IMG/VR virus record: IMGVR_UViG_3300005613_000009
Location: 55,982 to 119,981 of that record
Source: a virus
Reading direction: 5' to 3' (one strand)
DNA length: 64,000 bases
Below are positions 28,018-37,359 of the stretch, one piece after another. Every line of letters begins with the position of its first letter. Within the stretch, counting starts at the first letter, position 1. The position numbers and the translations under genes are program-made. The notes under the pieces are model-generated. The model had not been told where the DNA came from, ran no database searches, and saw only the letters and a program-made list of their open reading frames with translations.

Positions 28018-28758
28018 TTAATAATCGAGCTTCCATCCTTTTTCCTCACAAATAGCTTTGATCAAATCACGGTCTGTCATCTGTGGATCTCCAGGTTTCC
28101 AAAGAAATGCTTTTTCAGAAAAATACCAAAATCGTTCCTCGCCTCGATATGGGCAATTATTTCCTTCAGCAGCCCATTCATCGAACCGTTCGGGATGCGG
28201 ATGTGCGTAAGCGTCTCGTCGCATAAGCTCAAGAGTAAGAAAGTCCGATAACGATCCAAGATTTATAAAGGATAGCGACCTGATTGATGGAAAACCATAA
28301 AACTCGATTTTAGCTCCAGAAAGGTAGGCTGTTCTCAAATCTAAGCCCATAATGCCAATGCCTCTAAGATCAGCACCTCTAAAATTGGTATATTCAAATG
28401 TACAATTTCGTATCTTCGCATATCTTAGATCAGAGTCTGCAAAAGAAGAACTATCAAAATTAGAGTTTTCAATAGAAGCTGCTCTAAGCCGAGTTCTATC
28501 AAAAAAAGAGTTCTCAGCATCAACATTTGACAAATTAGAATTTTTTAAATTAGAGTCTCTGAAATCTGCATATTTAAGGTCAGAACCTCCAAAGTCTGCG
28601 CTTTCAAAGTTAGATCTGTCAAAGTTACTAACAGATAAATCAATACCTCTGAGATCAGCATCCAAGAGAGATTTTTTATTTTTTATAGCCAAGTCTCTCA
28701 TTAGCTCGTCCCCCTCAACGATTACCTCACCGTTATAGCGATTCATTATTTTTGCCAT
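28018..28758 (-). CDS. pentapeptide-repeat protein with a conserved C-terminal domain
   Basis: A(D/N)(L/F)xx repeats; LELMRRDAY.HP.PERFD domain. Confidence 0.85.
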   Translation of the reverse strand: MAKIMNRYNGEVIVEGDELMRDLAIKNKKSLLDADLRGIDLSVSNFDRSNFESADFGGSDLKYADFRDSNLKNSNLSNVDAENSFFDRTRLRAASIENSNFDSSSFADSDLRYAKIRNCTFEYTNFRGADLRGIGIMGLDLRTAYLSGAKIEFYGFPSIRSLSFINLGSLSDFLTLELMRRDAYAHPHPERFDEWAAEGNNCPYRGEERFWYFSEKAFLWKPGDPQMTDRDLIKAICEEKGWKLDY

Positions 28759-28849
28759 GGCTACCTCCTATCTTTGATATTTATGCAACAAATTATTTTC
28801 ATATTCCACAAAAAAACAGATAACAAAAAAGAATAATAAAATCAATTAA

Positions 28850-29413
28850 TTACTCCAACTTTTTAATGTTTTTCATTGTGATTTCCTCTATCCTTTTTTT
28901 CGCGCTAACAATCCGGCGTGTAGTAGATTTTCTTTTATTCTCAAGGAATTTTCTCCAATCCTTTTTCTCTCTTTTCAAATAAGCTTCTTCATTGATCAAC
29001 GCCATCGCATTGTCTTCGACGTCCAAATCGAGCAATCCCATTCTCATGCCGTCCAAGTTTTTCATAAGCACGTGTTTTTCCGAAACGAGATCAGTCAAAA
29101 CAATCCATCCGGGTACAGAGTATGTTTCCGGAAGATCTGGTCCTAAGAACCATGCTTGTTCAAGCCACACAACAAGTAACGGATCCTCATCGTCTTTCAG
29201 ATACTGTATGTAATCGCCAAGGCATTCAGCGTTTAGGGTATCGCAATCGGGTGGCGGCGGATCGGACAAGTCGAGAGTCATGTCGAGTATTTTTAACAGC
29301 ATCGGCCAAGCGCTATGAACGTTGTTCCACCACGACATAATATCGACAGGCGCATTAAGGTATATATTTGTTGATTCGAAAGGGTCATCCGAAAAACCTT
29401 TATTTTTTCTCAT
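28850..29413 (-). CDS. hypothetical protein
   Basis: 187-aa ORF, translationally coupled. Confidence 0.6.
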   Translation of the reverse strand: MRKNKGFSDDPFESTNIYLNAPVDIMSWWNNVHSAWPMLLKILDMTLDLSDPPPPDCDTLNAECLGDYIQYLKDDEDPLLVVWLEQAWFLGPDLPETYSVPGWIVLTDLVSEKHVLMKNLDGMRMGLLDLDVEDNAMALINEEAYLKREKKDWRKFLENKRKSTTRRIVSAKKRIEEITMKNIKKLE

Positions 29414-29984
29414 CTAAACCTCTATAATATTTCCAATAGGAAGGTTTTGGCCAAATAGGGTCGAAATCGTCAAAGTCAACATTTTTGTTGTACTCTGGAA
29501 AGACTTTCCACACTTCTACTTTTTCTCCAGGCTGAATTGTATAATAATCGACATGCTCAAAAAATGGTGTTTCGAGCAGTTCGTTACGGATCAACAAGTT
29601 CATAAGCGTTTCTTTGAAATAGAACATATTATCATCGAGGACGGGAAACTTTTTGATTTCCCTGTGATCATACGACAGGACGAAACGCGGGATGTACCGA
29701 TAGCTCGCGGGGTATTTGATATTTGTAATACCTCTGGTGATCTGCGGCAGGGTCGAGTCGTCGTTTATGAATTTTTTAGCGGCGGCGTGGTCTTTTTCGT
29801 TGGGCGGCTTCAGGGTTTTGACATCTACGAGTTCGATGTCGAGCATTACAGTAAGAATATATCGAAAAGAGGCGGAACAATTATGGACTTTAAAGATGAC
29901 CATTTCGCGGCGGAAGATTTCCGAGTCGTAACTGGCGACCGGGAAGAACTTTACACGCTCCAGTTTATAACGAAATTCGACCAT
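29400..29984 (-). CDS. hypothetical protein
   Basis: 194-aa ORF. Confidence 0.65.
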   Translation of the reverse strand: MVEFRYKLERVKFFPVASYDSEIFRREMVIFKVHNCSASFRYILTVMLDIELVDVKTLKPPNEKDHAAAKKFINDDSTLPQITRGITNIKYPASYRYIPRFVLSYDHREIKKFPVLDDNMFYFKETLMNLLIRNELLETPFFEHVDYYTIQPGEKVEVWKVFPEYNKNVDFDDFDPIWPKPSYWKYYRGLDEKK

Positions 29985-29985
29985 G

Positions 29986-30711
29986 TTATTTTTTCTCCTG
30001 CGGAGGGCTCTCTTGCGGGGGGCTCTCCTGCGGAGTGCTGGGTTGAAAAGTGTTGGGTTGCGGGGAACCGGGTTGCGGGGAACCGGGTTGCGGGGAACCG
30101 GGTTGCGGGGAACCGGGTTGTGAAGAAGTCAAATGTGTTGGGCTGGGTTGTGAAGAAGTCAACTGTGTTGGGCTGGGCTGCTGGGAAAACCACCGACATT
30201 TTTGGCGAATGCATTCAGGGTCGTTCATCTCCTGGTGCCACTGGCACACCTCATCAAGAACGGTACGATTTATCCCCATGTAGGGGCAGGTGTGTCGCGA
30301 AGCAACCTTCATTTTTACGCCGTATGTTGGCAATGGATCCGAAGGCGACGGATTTTCATGCGGCGAGGGGATATGTTTAGGGGGTTTTGCAAAATCCAAA
30401 ACCGATGAAATAGGTCCTTTTTCCATTTTTTGCTGATTCTGTCCAAACTCATTAGCGCCACGAGGATGGCCGCTTCCATTTATCCCTGTACTTTGTGCCT
30501 TATTTTTGTTTTCTTTCGACTCCTGACGACGTCGTTGCTCGGACGACGCAGATTTCGAACAAAGATCGGCCTCTGAATGCAATTTTTTATATTTTTCGAG
30601 TGATGTTAGTTCCATTTGACTAAATATCGGCAAAATCCGGATCGTTTTCGACCGAATCCCTTTCAGGAGTGTTAAGCCCATTATCTGCACCCTGTGTGTC
30701 GGAAGTATCAT
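29986..30711 (-). CDS. hypothetical protein with a Cys cluster and a Pro/Ser/Gln repeat tail (start probably ~30615)
   Basis: CPYMG...CQWH...C..QKCRWF followed by (SPQPG)4. Confidence 0.5.
   Translation of the reverse strand: MILPTHRVQIMGLTLLKGIRSKTIRILPIFSQMELTSLEKYKKLHSEADLCSKSASSEQRRRQESKENKNKAQSTGINGSGHPRGANEFGQNQQKMEKGPISSVLDFAKPPKHIPSPHENPSPSDPLPTYGVKMKVASRHTCPYMGINRTVLDEVCQWHQEMNDPECIRQKCRWFSQQPSPTQLTSSQPSPTHLTSSQPGSPQPGSPQPGSPQPGSPQPNTFQPSTPQESPPQESPPQEKK
30050..30180. repeat. 15-bp (GGTTGCGGGGAACCG) x4 and 30-bp x2 tandem repeats
   Basis: Seen directly in the sequence. Confidence 0.85.
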
Positions 30712-31225
30712 CTGGGAAAAAGCTATCGCCCAACAGTTCCTTGACCTTCAAAAACTCAGTATTTGTCATTGCACGTTCCCAGTCCTCCCATTCAGCCTGT
30801 GTCATCTGAATTTTTTCAAGTTGATCATCTGTAAGTTTTTTTACTTTTCTTTTTGCGGTTGTCGCATCCGGTGTTGGTTTCAGGACCGGTGTTGATTCCG
30901 AGATTTGTTCTTTGTCCATTTCTACTAAGAGTTTTACGGCCTCAACTCTCAGAGATTCCTGTTTGTCCAGAATTACGCCCATCTTTGAAGCAAGAGGCGT
31001 TTTCATTTTTAACTGCTTCGGCTGTTGATTTGTTATTCCTTGTTCGATGCACTGGATCATAAAAGCATTAGCACTCATTTTCGACAGCTTTGCATATTTT
31101 GCAATACTTTCAAAGAGAGATTGCGACATTCGAACGGTTGTCCTTTTGTTCAAACTTTCATTCTCATTTTCCTCGTTTTTTGTATCAGTCATAGGTTTTT
31201 TCTCCTTTTCTTTCGAGTTTAACAA
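30620..31225 (-). CDS. ribbon-helix-helix (Arc/CopG-like) DNA-binding protein with an acidic tail
   Basis: KRTTVRMSQSLFESIAKYAK...SANAFMIQCIE; ends DPDFADI. Confidence 0.7.
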   Translation of the reverse strand: MLNSKEKEKKPMTDTKNEENENESLNKRTTVRMSQSLFESIAKYAKLSKMSANAFMIQCIEQGITNQQPKQLKMKTPLASKMGVILDKQESLRVEAVKLLVEMDKEQISESTPVLKPTPDATTAKRKVKKLTDDQLEKIQMTQAEWEDWERAMTNTEFLKVKELLGDSFFPDDTSDTQGADNGLNTPERDSVENDPDFADI

Positions 31226-31229
31226 AAAT

Positions 31230-32110
31230 TGTTTATGACACCACAGCCCAATTTTTATGGCGAAAATAGGGCCTCACCGGACACGCAAAGTACTTTTTCC
31301 TAATAATTACAACTACTTATTTTTTTATTAAATAAATTATTTTTATTATTAAATTAGTTTAAATTAATATATACTATACTATATATATCTATATATCTTG
31401 TCCGGTATAGCTATATTTATATACATATATATATACGGGATATGAATGAAAAGTAGTGACACCAGACACCACATTTTCAATCTATCATTTATCCATAAAA
31501 TGACACCACTTTTAGTCTTGACACCAAAGATGACACCACAATTCGTATAATTATACATATATAGGTTTATCCCCAAAAGGCGCTATACCGGACATGGCCA
31601 AATAATGAGTGTTTTTGCCTTTTCGATTCAATGATTTCAATTACTTAACCCCTTGAAACACTAGTTTTGCGCCTTAATTTTAACCAAATTAACATTGTCC
31701 AAACTCATCCTTCTTAGTCCCTACCGGACATGAAACGGCCTCTCACCGGACATGGAATTTCCACTACCGGACATGGAAATGGCCTACCGGACATGGAAAT
31801 TGTGGTTTTCTGTATTTTTTTCATGCAATCGCTCCAAAGTGTTGTCGTTTTACACGTTTTTTGGTGTCATCGGCATTTTTGACACTTTTATGGTGTCTGG
31901 TGTCATTTTTGCACTTTTACCCATTTTGCTAAAACATGAGGTGACACCACTTTTTAAGATTTTCATAGGTTTCATTTTTTTTTGAGGTGTTGATTCGCAA
32001 AAAAGGTGTCCATATGTCCGATAGCGTGTCCGATGAAACCCCATTTCGTGTCCGGTAGTGAGAGAAATATTTTGGCAATGACACCACTTTTGACACTTTT
32101 TTACGCAGAT
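31230..32110. other. candidate replication origin: iteron-like repeats around an AT-rich core
   Basis: ACCGGACATGG at ~21-bp spacing (31722-31797) plus inverted copies; many GACACCAC copies in both orientations; near-pure AT tract at 31310-31435. Confidence 0.6.
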
Positions 32111-32151
32111 CATAAGATATGCGGCACTAATTTTGGTCGTAAAAAGCATAA

Positions 32152-32400
32152 TTATCCTCTTAACCTCAAACCTAAACCATGCCGGTTACATCGGATAATC
32201 CGCAACCTGATCATAGGCATAATAATTACCAAGTAAAACACTGGTGGGGACATCGGTAACCGGGCCAATTTTGCCAAAAAACGAATTTCTTCCAATCGTT
32301 CTAGCAAAAACTCTCGTTCATAATCGTCTTTTTTATCGATTTTTCTTTGTAAAGGTCTTGGTCCTGCAATATAAATAGTTTCTGGTGTAATAATATTCAT
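32152..32400 (-). CDS. hypothetical protein
   Basis: 82-aa ORF directly after the pentapeptide gene. Confidence 0.45.
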   Translation of the reverse strand: MNIITPETIYIAGPRPLQRKIDKKDDYEREFLLERLEEIRFLAKLARLPMSPPVFYLVIIMPMIRLRIIRCNRHGLGLRLRG

Positions 32401-32405
32401 CTTAA

Positions 32406-33419
32406 TTAATTTTGGACTTTCAAATGTCCATCAATTCCCCATCCCTTTTCTTTGCAAATAGCGATAATTAAATCACGATCCGTCATAGTAGGATTTCCCG
32501 GTTCCCATAATTCTCTAGATTCGCAAAAAGACCAAGCTCTTTCCTCATCTATGTACGGGCAATGTCCACCACCTGCCCATCCGTCAAATCTTTCAGGACA
32601 AGGATGTGAATATGCATCCCGACGCATGAGTTCGAGAGTAAGGCTATCAGATAATTCTTCCAATAGTATTGATGATAATAACCGAATTGTAGGAAATGTA
32701 TGAAATTGGATTCTGGCATTTGTAAGATTTGTTGCCAAAAAATTTGCATATTTAATCTTTGCATTTATAAGATTGGCATTTGTAAAATTGGTATGCATAA
32801 GATTTGCATATGTAAAGTCAGCTTCTTCAAGATTTGCATCTATAAAACTTACAAATGTAAGATTGGCATCTGTAAAATTTGCATCAATAAGAACAGCATT
32901 CCCAAAATTGGAACCAGTAAGATTTGTATATGTGAGATCAGCCCCTCTAAGATTGGTATTTATAAAAATGGCGTTTTCAATAACGGCACCCGTAAGATTG
33001 GCATACGCAAGATTAGCGCCTGTAAGATTGGCGGATATAAGATTTGAACTCCTGAAATCAGCATTTTTAAGGTTTGCACCTATAAAAATGGCATTTGTAA
33101 AATCTACATCCATAAGGTTTGCATGTGCAAAATCCACACTCATAAGAGTTGCATATGCGAGATTGGCCCCTTTAAGGTTTGCATTTGTGAGATTGGCACC
33201 TGTAAGGTTTGCGTTTGTGAGATTGGCATTTGTAAGGTCTGCATCTGTAAGATTGGCATCCGTAAGGTTCGCATCTGTGAAATTGGCATTTCTGAGATCG
33301 GCACATACAAGATTGGTATCTTTGAGATCGATGTGATTTTTCTTATATAATGTCTTTAATAATTTTTTACTATCAATAACAATTTTTTGTGTAAGAGGAT
33401 TCTTTTTTATTTTAGACAT
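32406..33419 (-). CDS. pentapeptide-repeat protein, paralog of 28018..28758
   Basis: About 40 A(N/D)Lxx repeats plus the same C-terminal domain. Confidence 0.9.
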   Translation of the reverse strand: MSKIKKNPLTQKIVIDSKKLLKTLYKKNHIDLKDTNLVCADLRNANFTDANLTDANLTDADLTNANLTNANLTGANLTNANLKGANLAYATLMSVDFAHANLMDVDFTNAIFIGANLKNADFRSSNLISANLTGANLAYANLTGAVIENAIFINTNLRGADLTYTNLTGSNFGNAVLIDANFTDANLTFVSFIDANLEEADFTYANLMHTNFTNANLINAKIKYANFLATNLTNARIQFHTFPTIRLLSSILLEELSDSLTLELMRRDAYSHPCPERFDGWAGGGHCPYIDEERAWSFCESRELWEPGNPTMTDRDLIIAICKEKGWGIDGHLKVQN

Positions 33420-33439
33420 TTTTCACCCTTTCTATTTGG

Positions 33440-33652
33440 TTAGAATTTATACACATATAATTTATACACATATTTGGATGGATCGCCGCCGAGTTCTTTA
33501 CATGCGCTAACCAATTCTTCTTTAATTTCTTTTTCTGGTGATCCTATGTATCGTTTTCCATCAATGTAAACAGCATAAGTATCTATTGCAGCCAAAAAGC
33601 CTCGTATAAATTGTGGATCCTGATTCCCGTACATCGATTTTATATATCCCAT
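33440..33652 (-). CDS. hypothetical protein
   Basis: GGAGG RBS. Confidence 0.6.
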   Translation of the reverse strand: MGYIKSMYGNQDPQFIRGFLAAIDTYAVYIDGKRYIGSPEKEIKEELVSACKELGGDPSKYVYKLYVYKF

Positions 33653-33679
33653 GATACCTCCAAAAATAGATTTAAATAT

Positions 33680-33910
33680 TTACTTTTCTTGTATTTTCTC
33701 CCACGTCCGATCGATTAGTTTCACCACATCGTCCGGATCAAGGGTTCGTCCGTCTTCAAACGAGGCCCAGGTGCGGATAACTTTCAATGCACTGAGCGAC
33801 TCCTGAAGCTGGTTGCAGGTTGACTCAAAGCCGGGATGGTCAATCCATTTGCGGCCACAGTAGGGACATTTGTCCGTTTTTTTTTTCGGGATGGAACACA
33901 TGCCTTGCAA
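33680..33910 (-). CDS. hypothetical protein; C-terminus paralogous to 60551..60772
   Basis: ALKVI.TWAS...G..LDPD.VVKLIDRT.EKI shared. Confidence 0.55.
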   Translation of the reverse strand: MQGMCSIPKKKTDKCPYCGRKWIDHPGFESTCNQLQESLSALKVIRTWASFEDGRTLDPDDVVKLIDRTWEKIQEK

Positions 33911-34036
33911 ACTTTATAAACAAAAGCCCGAATCTCTGGTGAATCCAGGATGAGCATGGTCAACCCCTCGTCGTGCTCGTAGCGGGTAAATTCTTTATTG
34001 TATGCCTCACGGAAATTCTTTATTGTCCTATTCATT

Positions 34037-34231
34037 TTAATCCTTGTCAATTTCCTGGTTATTTTCATAGTCCTCACAAATAATAAACTCTCCATTGTAT
34101 AAAGAAAGAGGGATTTTTTCTTTTATTACGCAACCATAATCTGGATCATTGTTTCTACATGTAGCACATGCTTCCCAATGTGGTGATGCGATACATCCTT
34201 CCATGTTTGTCTCCTTCCTGTAAGTATACAT
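34037..34231 (-). CDS. Cys-rich hypothetical protein
   Basis: C..CRN...C...C.DY pattern; AAGGAG RBS. Confidence 0.55.
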   Translation of the reverse strand: MYTYRKETNMEGCIASPHWEACATCRNNDPDYGCVIKEKIPLSLYNGEFIICEDYENNQEIDKD

Positions 34232-34236
34232 AATAG

Positions 34237-34521
34237 TTATGATTTGGCATTAAATTCAGCAGCGGCAGTTGAAAAACTTCCACCCTCATAAAGGGTTTTA
34301 TTTCCAAAGGTAACTTTATACCCGCCACCATCAACAAATGCCCAAAATCGTAACAAGGCATTAAATTCACCGCGGGATACACTACAAGACGCATACATAA
34401 CGGGGGTGTCTTTTGCCCAAGCCTCAAATTCGGATTTATCTATTTTAATAGGTTTCATGATCTGTAATTTTAAAGGTTGAAACAGCCCACTCATTACTTT
34501 TGCCGTCTGGGACAGATACAT
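34237..34521 (-). CDS. hypothetical protein
   Basis: ORF in the operon. Confidence 0.5.
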   Translation of the reverse strand: MYLSQTAKVMSGLFQPLKLQIMKPIKIDKSEFEAWAKDTPVMYASCSVSRGEFNALLRFWAFVDGGGYKVTFGNKTLYEGGSFSTAAAEFNAKS

Positions 34522-34777
34522 CTATGTTCATTTTTTTTACACTCCTACATCCAAATTATCAATAATCCGAGAATCGCCCAACCAATTCCTGTATTTCCGT
34601 TTGTCAAATACATACAAAAGGCACCAAGTCCGCACACTGCTATTGAAGCCAAGCTTTTACAAATATTAGTATTCATGTTTACCCTTATTTCGCCAAATGA
34701 CCCCGAATTTTGGCACCGCGTATTATTAAGTCACCTGACACCAGCATATAAACAACTACAAATAATCAAGTGCCATA

Positions 34778-35044
34778 CTAAAAAAAATAGATAGCAGTAA
34801 CAAATTGACCCTCTTTGAAGCTTAGATCTGTGTTATCAACATTAGTACTTAATGGCTTTATAGCGATATTATCCAATTTACTTAAGACCGGGCACCCTCC
34901 ATCTTTGCCATAAAGTATAAAATTTTCGTCTTTCCATAGGATATTGTACGGAGAAAAAGTAAACCCAAAACCATTTTTACAATTTGGTGATATCAGACAG
35001 CACTCACCAACTTTCGGCCTATACGGATACCCATGATGCTTCAT
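34778..35044 (-). CDS. hypothetical protein
   Basis: GAGGAG RBS. Confidence 0.6.
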   Translation of the reverse strand: MKHHGYPYRPKVGECCLISPNCKNGFGFTFSPYNILWKDENFILYGKDGGCPVLSKLDNIAIKPLSTNVDNTDLSFKEGQFVTAIYFF

Positions 35045-35198
35045 TTTGATCTCCTCTTTTTAAAATGCCTGCCACTACCGCCACGGTTTTCGAACTTTCC
35101 TTCGCCGGACCCTGGTACCTGGGGATTGTGGCTACCGTTCTATGAGCATTAAGGATTTATGTGACAGGCATAGTATTTTATGGTAGTAGGTGTTTATT

Positions 35199-35825
35199 TC
35201 AATTTTTAAAATCTTTACATTTCAGCTTTGTAACAATCCGATCTCCATTCCGTGCTTTAAGTTCCACTTTGGGCTTTGCGACCAACCCCTCAGCTATAAA
35301 ATCCCCCCAACATGAAAGAAAACCAGTTTTGCACATTTGGATCATTTCTGAAAGAGGCCCACAACCCATCAATGGTACAATATTAATATCAAGTACATCA
35401 GCGATTTTTTCAATATTCTGTCGCGTTAACCACCATTTGCCAATTTTTACATCAAATAGTACAAAATCCTGGTCTGGTCTGTACTTCCCTCCGCTTTGGA
35501 TCTTAGCCCCATAGCCTTCGCCATAGAGACATACGCCATTGTGAAATTTTTCTCTGAGTAAATCCTGTTTGGGTAAAAATATATCATTCAATTTGTTTTC
35601 GAGTGGAGCTGGTATTTCTGCTTTGTCTGTTTTACCACCAAATGTCAAATTTTCTCCATCAAACATGACACGGATATTTGTTCCATCAACTTTTTCAGTA
35701 AATAACCAATGACAGTCTTTGAGGTATTCAAATTCAGGAAAGGCATATTGGCCCTCAAGCAATGTTTTATATTTTGTCTTGGGATCTCTCAAGAAAACGG
35801 TCTGGATTTTATGGTATTCCTCCAT
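35199..35825 (-). CDS. ATP-dependent RNA ligase (Rnl2-like adenylation domain)
   Basis: TEKVDGTN motif I, YGEGYG, FVLFDV, EGLVAKP, TKLK motifs. Confidence 0.85.
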   Translation of the reverse strand: MEEYHKIQTVFLRDPKTKYKTLLEGQYAFPEFEYLKDCHWLFTEKVDGTNIRVMFDGENLTFGGKTDKAEIPAPLENKLNDIFLPKQDLLREKFHNGVCLYGEGYGAKIQSGGKYRPDQDFVLFDVKIGKWWLTRQNIEKIADVLDINIVPLMGCGPLSEMIQMCKTGFLSCWGDFIAEGLVAKPKVELKARNGDRIVTKLKCKDFKN

Positions 35826-35858
35826 GTTTACATTACTCCTTTATGGCATAATGTTGTA

Positions 35859-36074
35859 TTAAACCGGGATTGAATGTGTTGGCTTTCTTTCAACCCATTT
35901 ATCACGACTCCATATATTGACATCAAATCCATTTAAAATTGTATCGCAGATCTCAACTCTTGAAATCATTTGTCCGGAAGTATCTAAAAGATTGATCCTA
36001 AAGCTATCGCTATCATCATGAATAATTTCAATAAACTTTTTACCTACACGAAGCATATTAATTTCTAAATCCAT
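35859..36074 (-). CDS. hypothetical protein
   Basis: Coupled ORF. Confidence 0.55.
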   Translation of the reverse strand: MDLEINMLRVGKKFIEIIHDDSDSFRINLLDTSGQMISRVEICDTILNGFDVNIWSRDKWVERKPTHSIPV

Positions 36075-36440
36075 TTATCGCGATACCTCCAATATTTTTT
36101 GTTGCATTTCATCAATGTACGATTGGCATTCTTTCAATTTATCAGATTCTTTTTTTTTCAGTATATCTAATATCTTCGGAAAATGCGTATCCCATGTTGA
36201 AACAATATATTCCAAAATGGCTTGACCAAACTCAGTTTCAGTCTCCCAATAGTTTTTACCTCCCATATATAGTTGACCTATCCTTACTAAGATTGGAGGC
36301 ACACAACCGTCAACTGAAATTGAAAAATTATTATTCTCATGTTCATCACGGCTATTGCTATTTGGAAGATTGTTCCATTTTTCTGCTAATTCTCTTGCCC
36401 TTTTTGCTATGTAATAAGATTCGATTCTTCTATCTTCCAT
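36075..36440 (-). CDS. hypothetical protein
   Basis: 121-aa ORF with RBS. Confidence 0.6.
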   Translation of the reverse strand: MEDRRIESYYIAKRARELAEKWNNLPNSNSRDEHENNNFSISVDGCVPPILVRIGQLYMGGKNYWETETEFGQAILEYIVSTWDTHFPKILDILKKKESDKLKECQSYIDEMQQKILEVSR

Positions 36441-36480
36441 TTTTTTCCTTGTATTATTCCTATCTTATTAATTAACAATT

Positions 36481-37314
36481 TTAAAAAACAAAAACTGTAT
36501 TTTCGTTGATTTGGCTTTCATCCGTTATCTCTACTTCTTGATTTTCTAGTGGTGTGATGGAAGCTTTTGAAAATTTTGTCAACCCGAAACTCATTTTACT
36601 GTTTTCTGAATGAAGTTGTTTACCGTCCCATTTCCACAATCCTCCATGAATATCTTTGAATTGTCCAACATTTGGTGTGAGTGTTTGCAAAATAGCCTTA
36701 CGTCCAATGTTTGAAAACTCAGCATAACGCTCACGACATTTTGCGTCTTTGGCAATAACTTCCTTGAAAAGTTTCGGCATCTGTTCGGAAAGATGTTTGA
36801 GCAATTCTGGTGGAACCTTCTTCTGATAATCTCGAATTTCTCCGCCCATTAATGCTTGTGGCTGAAAATGTACAAATTCTATAACTCTATCAGCAGTAAA
36901 CTCTTCTTTGCGTATAAAACCCTTTATTGTCCATTCATAATTTTTTGCCATATCGATAAAAGAATATGGTAAAAATACAAATTCACCCACTATCCCAAGC
37001 ATCTTGGGACTCTTTAAGTAAGGTACACCATTATACTTTTCCTCTTTATCTCGGCACCATTCATTGTATTTACGAGCGCGGCGTGTGAAACCTTGTTCTA
37101 TTTTTAATTTTCCGTAAGGACAAGGGGTTCCAAACAAACTATAGCGACATACACACTCTCCCCTACTATGGTATTGACAGTTTTCAGAATTATTACATGT
37201 TATAATTTGAATTTCTGACCGAGCATTAGCTTGAAAGAATGCCAATCGTACATTTTTGAATATAGCATTTTCAGGACGAAACAAGTGAAAATGAACAACT
37301 TTATCTTCTCCCAT
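36481..37314 (-). CDS. hypothetical protein with an N-terminal Cys cluster
   Basis: 277-aa ORF; C..CQY...G.C.C...CPYG motif. Confidence 0.7.
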   Translation of the reverse strand: MGEDKVVHFHLFRPENAIFKNVRLAFFQANARSEIQIITCNNSENCQYHSRGECVCRYSLFGTPCPYGKLKIEQGFTRRARKYNEWCRDKEEKYNGVPYLKSPKMLGIVGEFVFLPYSFIDMAKNYEWTIKGFIRKEEFTADRVIEFVHFQPQALMGGEIRDYQKKVPPELLKHLSEQMPKLFKEVIAKDAKCRERYAEFSNIGRKAILQTLTPNVGQFKDIHGGLWKWDGKQLHSENSKMSFGLTKFSKASITPLENQEVEITDESQINENTVFVF

Positions 37315-37359
37315 AATTTACCTACCTTCCACATTTTCCGTTTTAACAATTTTTTTTCG

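Noticed and set aside
28018-33419. Diversity-generating retroelement (TR/VR pair) between the two pentapeptide-gene 3' ends
   Set aside because: Differences are spread over all bases and largely synonymous rather than adenine-specific, both copies are in full genes, and no reverse transcriptase is in the window
35065-35171. Twister ribozyme
   Set aside because: The UAA/P1/P2 layout is suggestive, but the conserved pseudoknot nucleotides could not be placed
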